Shown: positions 52,787-64,000 of the stretch, piece by piece
How the letters are laid out: each line of letters begins with the position of its first letter
Position numbering within the stretch: position 1 is the first letter of the stretch
NCBI RefSeq assembly: GCF_018350175.1
Contig: NC_058369.1
Coordinates: 12,278,001 to 12,342,000 of the forward strand
Origin: Felis catus
Taxonomy: Eukaryota
Reading direction: 5' to 3'
DNA: 64,000 bases
Program-made: the position numbers and the translations under genes
Notes under the pieces: generated by a model
Told to the model about the DNA's origin: nothing
The model's input: the letters and a program-made list of their open reading frames with translations, nothing else
Database searches by the model: none

Positions 52787-53752
52787 CAGACTAACGTGGG
52801 TGTTCATGCCCCGGGAGGTCAGCAGTAGAAGCTCTATCGGGGTGGGGTTTAGGGGGAAGTATTGCCATGAAGGGTGGTTCCTTCCTGTGCCCTTGTTAGG
52901 GTCGGAGAACGCAGGGGGGTGGGCTCTTGGCTGCCGACGTGAGACACCCCTTTGAGCTCCCTCAGTGGCTCTGATCCTTGGGCCCGAGAGTTTGGTAAGT
53001 GGGTGTCCCTGCTCCCCTGGCCCCACGTCACCTCCCTCATCATGTGGATGGGAAGACGGGTATAGGCTGGTGGGGCAGGTGACAGACCCAGGTTCCTCCC
53101 TTTCTGCTGTTTGTCCACACTGCCGGTCCCGGCAGCCCTTCTGTCCTCACTGCTGGCCTGGAGGGGCCTCTCTTGGTGGTCAGCCCCTGCCCTCCCTTGT
53201 CCAGATGTAGCTTGGAGGGAGGGAGGCAGCTGGCAGTGGTGAGCACATTCTGAGCTGACCTGGCCCTGCCTCTTACCAGTTGTGCAGTCTTGGGCGCTTT
53301 GTGCCTCAGTTTTCTCATCCGTCAAGTGGGGGCAGAGCCACAGAAGTGGCTGTGAAGCCCCTCAGCTGGCCCTCTGCTACAGGAGGCGCATGCGTGCTAG
53401 GGTTGGCCTACATGACGGTAATGTTCCTCGGCCAGTGCCAGCGCTGTTCCCAAGTGCTCAAGTTCAGAATCACCCATATGCCTTTGCTCTGGGCCAGCCG
53501 GATGCCTTTTAGTTCAGACGCTTTGTCCAGGGATGTGTCTTTGGACCTGCCTGCCACATGAATGGCAGTGACAGAAGCAGAGAGCTCGGAGGAGGCGTGA
53601 GCCCCCAGGACTGGGGTGACGGGGGGATTCCCTCTAGGGCTTAGGATGGGCAGGTGGTGTGGACCTCCCTCTGTCTCTCTCTCTCTCTCTCTCTCGCCTC
53701 CAGCCCTGTGCCTGCTGCCCAGAGGACCCCACTCTTGCCTGTTCTACCAACT

Positions 53753-53789
<37 letters not shown>

Positions 53790-54874
53790 ACACCCCGCCC
53801 CCTGCCCGTGTTTCAGAGCCTGAACTGAACTGTGCAATAGAAGTTGCTGCCAACTTTGGCTGATGTCCCCTGCCCACCCACCTAGAGGAGTGGGCTCATC
53901 TGTTGGGTTCCCAGAGGTCTGTTTGGAACACCAGAACTCCACAGAGGATTCTAGACTCCCAAGTCTCAGGCACTGGCGACTGGCCAGCTGGCATGCCGAA
54001 TGCTGCTTCTCCTTGGGCTCCTGTGCCCTTAACTTGCTTTAAGTGGGAAGTTACGACACTTCGGGTCTAGTTTTATGTCTGCTTGAGTTGTCCCCACACC
54101 CCACCCCCCCCACCTTGCACACACTTGGCACCACACATTCTTTACCGTGTTGCTGTCATCTACTCATCTGGCTCAGTGTCTGTTTTTATAACTAAAGAGG
54201 CTTTTTTTTTAATGTTTATTTGTTGGGGCGCCTGAGTGGCTCAGCCGGTCAAGTGTCTGTCTTTGGCTCGGGTCATGATCTCATGGTCCGTGAGTTCGAG
54301 CCCCGCGTCGGGCTCTGCGCTGACGGCTCGGAGCCTGGAGCCTGTTTCGGATTCTGTGTCTCCCTCTCTCTCTGCCCCTCTCCTGCTCATGCTCTGTCTC
54401 TCTCTGTCTCAAAAATAAACAAACATTAAAAACACTTAAAATGTTTATTTTTGGGGGGGAGGGCCAGAGAGAAAGGGGTACAGAGGATCCAAAGGGGGCT
54501 CTACACCGACAGCAGCAAGCCCGATGGAGGGGCTTGAATTCACGAACCGTGAGATCGTGACCTCAGCCACAATCCAGAATTGGACGCTTAACCGACTGAG
54601 CCACCCACGTGCCCCGAAATGAAGCTTTATTGGAACCCAGCCCCATCCATTTGTTTACACGTGGTCTGTGGTGGTTTTTGCACCATAACGACAGAGCTGA
54701 CTTAACTGTGGTACAGTCTCGGGTGCAAAGTGGAAACCATTTACTAGTTAGAGAAAACACGTGTAGATCCCTGTGCTGGCTTATTAAGGACCGAGACTGC
54801 ATGCTTCTGTGTTTCTATTCTTAGCACTTAGCCCAGTGCCTATGACATAATGGTAAATGCCGTGTGGTATGTAA

Positions 54875-55033
<159 letters not shown>

Positions 55034-55039
55034 TAGCAT

Positions 55040-55262
55040 TGTGCTTCCTTTAGGCTCGTGGGTCTTGGCCTAACCCCCGGGGGACCCTTGGCAGGTCTGG
55101 AGACAGTTTTGATTATCGTGCCTGGGGTGGAGATTGCTGCCGGCGTCTGGTGGGTGGCGGCCAGGGATGCCGCTCAGTGTCCTGCAATGCACGGGACAGC
55201 CCCCACTGCAAAGAGCATTTAGGCTTCAAATGTCAGGAGTGCCCCGGGTGAGAGATCCTGAT
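55040..55262 (+). mobile_element. MER20-like hAT DNA transposon remnant
   Basis: ctggagacagttttg...ggccagggatgccgctcagtgtcctgcaatgcacgggacagccccc. Confidence 0.7.
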
Positions 55263-55918
55263 GTAGGTGAAAACAGAATAAAGCTAGTTAATGTGGCAGG
55301 TGATTAAAGCAGGTCCCACTTGGGGGTGCCTGGCTGGCTCGGTCGGTGGAGCGTGCGACTCTTGACCTTGGCTCAGGTCGCGATCTCACGGTTCGTGAGT
55401 CTGAGCCTCATGTGGGGGCTCTGCGCTGACAGTGTGGATTCTCTCCCTCTCTGCCCCTCCCCCACTCATGCTGTCCCTTTCTCTCAAAATAAATAGTAGA
55501 TAAACTTAAAAAAAGAAAAAAGAAAAAAAGCGGGTCCCACTTGAACTGCCCCATAAGAACACCGCACTGGCCTGTACTCATCATAGTGCCCATTGTGGTT
55601 CTTGCCATATTAGTAACCTCCTCACTATGGAACCTGCAGGCACTGTTTTAATAATACATAATAATGACATTGTAACGGATTTCAACCACGTGCCCCCTAC
55701 ACATGCTCACACCATCAGTGTTAAAATACAGCGGCCCCAAAGCATCTCAAGAATATTGCTCACGGTACTGGGCCTGCTCAAAACCCCTGAAGGACCAGCG
55801 TGGACCCTTCCCTGCTGGGCCCCCTGGGTACCCTGCACTCCATTCTAATGCGGTGGTACTTTGAGCGTGTTGATCGTTCGAAACCACTTTCCCGTGACCT
55901 CTGTCATCCTCCCTTTAG

Positions 55919-56518
<600 letters not shown>

Positions 56519-56555
56519 TAAAACCTCCAGAAAGGTTTCAGAATCAGGGACTAAG

Positions 56556-56740
56556 GCGGTGGTTCTCAGCTGTGGTGAGCCTGCCCCCAGGGGACCTCAG
56601 CGAGGTTGGAGCCAGTTTGGGCTGTCGTGACTGGGTGGAGGCCAGGGATGCTGCCCAACGTCCTGCGGTGCCCAGGCTGGCCCTGCCAGGAAATGACCCA
56701 GCCCCAAATGTTGGCGGTGCCCAGGGCGAGCCTAGGGACG
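56556..56740 (+). mobile_element. MER20-like remnant
   Basis: gtggttctca...ggaggccagggatgctgcccaacgtcctgc...cagccccaaatgt. Confidence 0.65.
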
Positions 56741-57651
56741 GCACTGAGCGTGGGACCACCACCTGGGACGGCGAGTCCTCAGGTGGCTTGGGGCTCCCGG
56801 CGCGGTGTGTTATGCTGGATTCTCTTCTGTGGTGCAGGGGACATTGCTCTTCATGGCTGGTGTGACCTTCCAGGCGTCTGTCTTGTCTCCAGTTTCAGTC
56901 TTGGTCCTTCTGGGTGGAAAGGTCCCTTGCTTTTAAACATCCTCCCGCTCTCTTTTCTCGCCTAGGTGGCTGCCCACAGCGTAGCCAGGGTTATTATTCC
57001 TGGACTGCACGAGGGCGTAACACTGTCACCTGCTGTATTCATTTTGATTCAGGGGGGCTTAGCCGTGTCTCAGCCTGGGCTGCACGCTGGGGTAGGTCGT
57101 GACCATTTTCTCATTTCTCGGGGAGGAAAGCCAGTCAGACGTGCCAAGTCAGATCACTAGAAGGCCTTCGAGGGTAGTGGAGGCCCAGTTCTGACGTAGA
57201 AGCCTCTGTGCTCCTCTCCACGTCCTCCCGCTGCCTGACAACGTAGCCTGTTGTTGACAAATGTGCGCGTTTCTGTCTGTATTATTTTGCGACTTAAAGA
57301 GCCCTTTGGTAAAACCCAGCTGGTGCCGTTTTCCTCGACTAGGCCTGATATCGAAAGAGGAAAACCGCAGTCTAAATCAACCAGCTTATCACAGTCCCGG
57401 GAACATTCCGAAGCCTTCGTGTGGCCCCTAGGATGGAGGGGAGAAGGAGGGGAGGGCATGATGTCACGGACCGCGGTGATGGCTTGAGCCCGCTCAGCAG
57501 ACTTGTACCAGGAGACGCCTCCAGAAAGACGGAGGCAGGTTTGGGGAAATCGTAAAGGAGGTTAACAAAGCAAGAAGGTGGCTGTCCTGTTCAGGAGAAG
57601 AAAGCACAGACTCGTGTAGCTTATTTCATATGTTGATGAAAGTCACTCTGA

Positions 57652-57903
<252 letters not shown>

Positions 57904-58374
57904 TGACATGGTCACAGGCAACTGCCCCGGTTCCTGGGACCCCTGACGACAGACTGGGTGTCTGAGAACCTTTGGTCCGTGTTGCCAAAGGACACCCGTG
58001 TCAGATAAGACAGGAATGTTGGGAGTAACACACCTCTAGGCCCTCCACCCCCGCCACGCTGCTTTTATTTTGCACGCTCCCCTCTGAGCCTTCGCGTCCA
58101 GAATACATGGTGCTTTTTCCCCTGAAGACACTGGGCAGGTCCTGAGTGTGAGCCAGCGTGGCGGCCACAGGCCTGGACTCCTTTCAGGGTCTGGGGGAGT
58201 TGTGGGGTCCTAGGGAGGCCCGGTCCAGCCTGGGGCAGGGGGAAGGCCCTCCCAGCAGCTGCCGAGGGAGCCCAGGCCGCGTCAGGTCCCCACGGGGCCA
58301 CTGGTGGCTCACAGGGCACAAACAAAGGTCCATCTAGGACTTGCGTTTTTTTTTTCCCTTTTCAATTAAAAACA

Positions 58375-59256
58375 AAAAAATTTTTTTAACGTTTATTTGG
58401 TTTTGAGAGAGACAGAGTATGAGTGGGGAGGGGCAGAGAGAGAGGGAGACACAGAAGCTGAAGCAGGCTCCAGGCTCTGAGCTGTCAGCACAGAGCCTGA
58501 CGCGGGGCTTGAACCCACGGACCGTGAGATCGTGACCTGAGCCGAAGTCGACTGCTTAGCCGACTTGAGCCTGGGCGCCCCTGCCATTTTCAATTTTTTT
58601 AAAGATGAAGACGTTAAAAATGCACAGGTTGTAACAATTGAAATGTTTGTATCCTTTCAAAAAACTCTTCCATTTAGCTTGCTATTACCTCAGAGATTTT
58701 TCTGTTCTCTTGTAGTCTGACAATGATCATTTCTAACAGTTACACAGCTTCCATTTTTCAACATATTTTGAATTTAATTAAAACTTTTATTTTTAATTGT
58801 ATTTTTCAAAGTTTACTTATTTATTCTTGAGAGAGAGAGAGAGAGAGAGACAGCGCACGCAGGGAAGGGGCAGGGAGAGAATCCCAAGCAGGCTCTGTGC
58901 TGTCAGCTCGATCCTACGCACCATGAGATCGCGACCTGAGCTGAGACCAAGAGTCAGACGTTTAATCGACTGAGCCACGCAGGAGCCCCTTTAATTGTAT
59001 TTTTAATTTTAAGTATTTTAGTTTTATGTTTAAAGATACATAACAGGATTTACCCCCTTACCCATTTCTTTAAGAGTTTATTCGAGACAGAGACAGCACA
59101 AGTTGGGGGAGGCAGAGGGAGAGAGAGAATCCCACACAGGCTCCGCACTGTCAGTACAGAGCCCGACATGGGGCTGGAACTCACGAACCTCAAGATCGTG
59201 ACCTGAGCGGAAACCAAGGGCCAGGACGCTTAGCCGACTGAGCCCCCCAGGCGCCC
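58375..59256 (-). mobile_element. Three antisense Can-SINEs
   Basis: SINE bodies at about 58375-58581, 58800-58990 and 59077-59256. Confidence 0.8.
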
Positions 59257-59591
59257 CTCCTCTTACCCGTTTTTCAGTGTCCAGCTCAGTGGTGCGAGCA
59301 GGATTCACATCGTGCAGTTGCAGAACTTGGGGTTTCCTAGACTTCTTCCCGCGGGTGGGACATTTAGTTGAGGCTTCTGCTTCTGCCTGGGAGCCGAGCA
59401 TCCCACGTGCAGCTCCTGAGGGTCCCACACAAGCCCACAGACAGCAGTATTTCTGGTGGCAGCGCTTCCAGAAGGCAGCCCCCCTTGGCCCTGCGGGGAC
59501 GCTGCTGAGCGCGGGGTGGGGGCGCGGGGGGGGGGGTGGGTGGCCCAGAGCCTCACCCTTGGGGAGACAGGCGGGCAGGTGGGCGGAGTGA

Positions 59592-60110
<519 letters not shown>

Positions 60111-61308
60111 TAAATTTAATTTTTGTTCGATTGTAAAAATTTTCTTCTCATTTTGTAAAAATTTTGTTACAGAGGTAGGTAATTTTTAAAGCCCTCCATA
60201 ACTTAAGAGAGAATTCGATATTCTTTAGATTTTCCCTGTGTAAAATAGGAACATTATGTATGAAATACACAATATTATGTATGTTTCATACTATATGTTG
60301 TAAGATATATAGCATACTAGGTATTAGATATGATAATGTTTCTAGAGATGGCATCACACCACGTGAACTTCTGCATGGTCATTTCTGTCCTTTTATCCAC
60401 AAATATCTTGCTTTGTAGTTCTTAAAACTAAGGACTTTGGAACAAAATGGTCACAGTATCATTATCACACCCAAACCGAATGAACTTTTCTTATTTTCTT
60501 AGTATTGGTGGATATCCAGGGGTAGATTCCCACTTGGCTCATGCAAGTCGAACATTTTGTTGCTATTTGCTTCTTCAGAATCCAAAGCCTGTGCATCAAG
60601 AATGTTTGGGGTCCTTTTAGGCTCCCGATTAGGGCTTAGGGCGGTGGTTCTTGGCTCGGAGCGGCATCAGACCCCGAGGGCCACCAGGGTTCCGCTGGCA
60701 GCAGAGGTGGGCCTGGGCGCGGGTGTTCCCCCTTGTGCCCACAGGGGACCCACTTTGAGAACCCCTGCTTACGGGTTTCCCCTGCCCCATCTCTTTGATG
60801 TTTCCTTGCAGTTCATTTGTTCAAGTAAACAGGTTGTTTCTTCAACGGTTTCCCGCATCCTGGACTCTGATGATCACACCCCCACGGGGTTCTTTGACTT
60901 CAGTTGATCATACACACCGATTGGTGGGATACAGCTGAAGTGATCTGACCATGTCACCTGCCTATAGCCCCCCGTGGCTCCTCACGGCCTGCTCTGGGCC
61001 CTTCTGCCCGCCCCGTGTGCCCTGAGGGCGCCCCCGGTAGCCCCACTCGCCAGCTCCCCTCACCCCCAGCCATGGTCATGCTTCCCTCTCAGACCCAGTC
61101 AGGGCGCATCCCTCGCAGGTGCCTTGGCCAGAGCCTGTCTGGGTTTGTCTCTCCTCTTCTTTCCACAGCATTGTCACGTGGCTTCGTGTCATGGTCTTTT
61201 TCTGCCCACCTGCCCGGGAGCCACTGGGGACAGGCGCTGCCTCCAGCACCCAAAGCCTCAGTGGACTGAGGTGGCGGTGGTGACGGCCCCCTGTCCTCTG
61301 CCCCACAG

Positions 61309-61413
61309 TACATCAGGCACCACAGGCCTGCCCCGCTGTCCATGGAGGATGCCCTGGAGGAGGTGGAGGAGGAGCTCTGGGGACCGGAGGTGAGGCAGGA
61401 TTTGTGGGTTTGA
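61309..61413 (+). CDS. C19orf44: C19orf44 last coding exon (YIRHHRPAPLSMEDALEEVEEELWGPE[VRQDLWV*]); true end uncertain (donor at 61390 or TGA at 61411-61413)
   Basis: Acceptor ccccacag|TAC; YIRxHRPAPLxMEDALEEV matches the recalled human C-terminus. Confidence 0.82.
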   Translation, partial: YIRHHRPAPLSMEDALEEVEEELWGPEVRQDLWV

Positions 61414-61884
61414 ACGGACAAGCGGGTCCAGAACACCGGCTGCGACACACGTTGGTTTCCAGGGGACAGTGGCGGGGGGCAGGCGGTGCCGAGGACTCAC
61501 CCGAGTGGAATCCCAGCTCCAGCCTTCTTTAGCAGAGTAGTGGAACTCGCCCGGCCGCCAAGGGGACGCGCGGGCCGGTGGCAGTGGCCCCACGGGTGGA
61601 GTGGAGCCACTCACGGCTGGACGGAGGATGCCAGCCTGTCCGGAGCCCCGCGGAGCGGCTGTGCCGGCCGGGTGCTGGCCGCCCAGTGAGCGGACATAGA
61701 CGGGAGGGGCCGCAGCCCCATCTGCTAAGCAGGAGTCCGGGCCAGGTGTCCACGCCGGGCACACCCACATGAGGCGCCAGGGCAGCTCCTGACCTGACCG
61801 CACGACTCGGACGCAGTCTCTGCATTCCAGGCATGCCTGCTCCCGACTCGGCTGGAGCACACTTCTAACTTGAACACGCAGAGA

Positions 61885-63203
61885 AAAAGGTCTTTAAAAA
61901 AAGTTTTTATTTGAAGGCAAAACAGTAAAATCCACAAGAAATTGTTAACAGCACGTGTTTACGTTTTATCCTGAATCAGACACGTTTGAACAATTCACAG
62001 CTACAGGAAACCTAGAACAAAATCAAATATTTTATCACATCAGGTTGAAAAGTTGGAGAGGACTTTGCATCTTATTGAAAAGAATTTTTCAAAAATGTTT
62101 CTGTACAAATAAACGGCACCACACGAGCTGCCCACAGACGCCAAGCGTGGCCTGTCCCACGCCGTCCCCAGTGCCGCCCAGCAGACCCCACTCCCTCCTG
62201 GCCTCACCTCCCTCGATGGTGGTGGCTGTGGGGGGGGGGGGGGCGGGCAGCAAGGGGAATGAGGAGTGGGAGGCACAGCCAGGGGTCTCTCTCCACACCC
62301 TGGAGCGGAAGGTCCACGCGAGCGCTGGTGTTGGGTTCCTCTAAGTGGAAAACACAGGCCGAGACGCTAAGGGTACAGACTCTCCGAGGGTGTCATTCTG
62401 GGACCTGAAGGTGCCTCAGGTCCGTGTCCTCAGAACCTCCGTTTCTGCAGGTACAGCAAACGGCTGACGTTTGGGGAAAAAATTTCAACGCAAACAACTA
62501 AAATAAATGAACTAAGGGTCAGCATGTCTCAGAGGAATCGGGTTTCAAATTCTCACTGGGATCCCCTTAGAGCAACATTCCCTTCTCCAAAACTAAAGAC
62601 CTGGAGTAGAAACGAGAAGAACCCTGTGTAACTTTGCAAATCAAAAAGGGTTTGTTTTTCTGTTTGGAACCAGCGCCTGGCCTGAGCTTCCCCATCCACC
62701 GCACGTCGGCGGGGCACAGGCGGGGCACAGGCGGGCAGGGCCGGCTGGCCCCACACCCGCTCCCAGGCTGCCGGGCCGCTCGCCCAGGGCCTCTCCTCCA
62801 CACGCTCCTACTGGTTTAAGCAGAAGCTCAGATCTGCCCGAGGGGAGAGGTGCGAAACAGCCGTGCCTTAAGATGTCAGGGATTCTCATCCAGGGGTGGA
62901 GGGTCTCGTGTTTCTCACTTCGCCGTCAAGGGAAGCAGGCTCTGGCCGCGCGGGCCCGGGCATCTCCTGGCGGGGTCGTGCTTCTACGTTAGAGCGGTTT
63001 GCAGGCGGGGCCCGGGGCCTTCCAAGCTATCGAGCATGGTGCTCGTCACTAGGCAGGCTGTGGCCTTCCTTCCTTCTGCCGCTCCCCAGAGATGGAGGCT
63101 GTGTGAGAACTGAGCTGTCCCTACCATCTGTCACTGCCAGTAAGCCAGGAAGGTCCCGGTGGCCAACGCGGTGGCCGAGGCGTGGCTCCCGCCCGCAGAG
63201 CGC
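61885..63203 (-). other. CHERP: CHERP 3'UTR (about 1.3 kb)
   Basis: Runs from the stop codon to a minus-strand AATAAA at 61906-61911; AU-rich distal part; cleavage site estimated. Confidence 0.7.
61906..61911 (-). terminator. CHERP: Polyadenylation signal of CHERP (AATAAA)
   Basis: Plus-strand TTTATT, followed on the minus strand by U/GU-rich sequence (ctttttctctgcgtgttc). Confidence 0.7.
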
Positions 63204-63397
63204 CTACTTGCACTCGTCCCTGGCCTTCATGCGGGCGATGAAGGAGTAGCTCTTGTTCCTGCGGTAGTTCTCGTAGGGGTCGTCCAGGGCCACGCCCACA
63301 CCCTTGTACTGGTCCCACTTGTCCCGGACGTCCCCCCCCTTGATGGGGTCCTGGATCCCTTGCTCTTTCACGCCGAGGCCACCAGATCCACTCCAGC
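63204..63397 (-). CDS. CHERP: CHERP last coding exon (GWSGSGGLGVKEQGIQDPIKGGDVRDKWDQYKGVG...ARMKARDECK*)
   Basis: Acceptor cttcttaag|; G-patch GWxxxxGLGxxxQG; TAG at 63204-63206; matches the recalled CHERP C-terminus. Confidence 0.96.
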
Positions 63398-63666
63398 CTT
63401 AAGAAGAAAGGGGGGAGGGCGGTTATAACCCACGAAAGCCGAAATTTGGCACATTTATGTGTGAAGTGAAACAGGACTCCGTGTGCAGAGCTGAATGATG
63501 TGCACGTGTGTGGTCGGCAAGCGTGTAACTGATGAGGTAAGAAAGAATGGCCAGCAAAAACCGCAGGCTCGCCCTCTGTGGAAGTTCTGGCAGAGAGCCG
63601 GAACCTTCTCTGGCTCCCCAGCCCCAAAGGCCCAGAGCGGGTGGTGGTTCTTCCCAGGAACCTTAC

Positions 63667-63761
63667 CCATTTTCACCAGCATCTGATGTCCTTTGTTTTC
63701 TTCCCCGAGCCTTGAATCAGGAATAGGAGGTGCTGAATTAGAACCCAGACCAGCCGAGGAA
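63667..63761 (-). CDS. CHERP: CHERP penultimate exon (SSAGLGSNSAPPIPDSRLGEENKGHQMLVKM), start of the G-patch
   Basis: Acceptor aattttag|, donor G|GTAAGG; G-patch motif NKGHQMLxKMG. Confidence 0.95.
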
Positions 63762-64000
63762 CTAAAATTAAGACAGGTTACGTTTTTTAAAAACGAGCGG
63801 ATACATTTATTGGAATGAAAACTCTTAGAATATTACAGCGTGTGGCGTACGTGAAGGTTCACCAGTTAGGAGGACACACACACACATCCTGGGTCTCTAT
63901 CATTCTTCTTTGTCATCTTCGCCAGCCAGGTAGGGGAGCTCCCTAAGATGGCCCCTGCCCCACGGCGAGCGGTGAGGGCAGGTCACACGGAACCCCCAGA

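Noticed and set aside
63475..63540. C/D-box-like words (ATGATG...CTGA), or a plus-strand mini-exon ending GAG|GTAAGA
   Set aside because: Imperfect C box, no terminal stem and a purine-rich acceptor; not supportable without RNA data.

Overview
Mammalian genomic DNA, almost certainly a felid: it is dense in tRNA-derived Can-SINEs of SINEC_Fc type. It is the conserved EPS15L1 - CALR3 - C19orf44 - CHERP cluster. The window holds the first coding exon, CpG-island promoter and about 13 kb of intron 1 of EPS15L1 (-). It holds the complete 9-exon CALR3 CDS (-, 1158 nt, 385 aa by my exon arithmetic) and a CALR3/C19orf44 bidirectional promoter. It also holds seven C19orf44 coding exons (+, about 641-643 aa if the last exon is read unspliced) and the last two exons plus 3'UTR of CHERP (-). 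The rest is introns filled with SINEs, L1 fragments, MaLR/ERV LTRs, MER DNA transposons and microsatellites. Most of the supplied ORFs are repeat-derived or chance ORFs. I see no evidence of a new biological system. The best leads are regulatory or structural: a duplicated promoter module with an RFX X-box, an apparent stop-loss in C19orf44 with a likely antisense overlap with CHERP, inverted SINEs placed for circRNA formation, and a fold-back inverted duplication inside an L1. Gene names rest on my recall of the human proteins; no database search was run. Repeat coordinates and family names are approximate.
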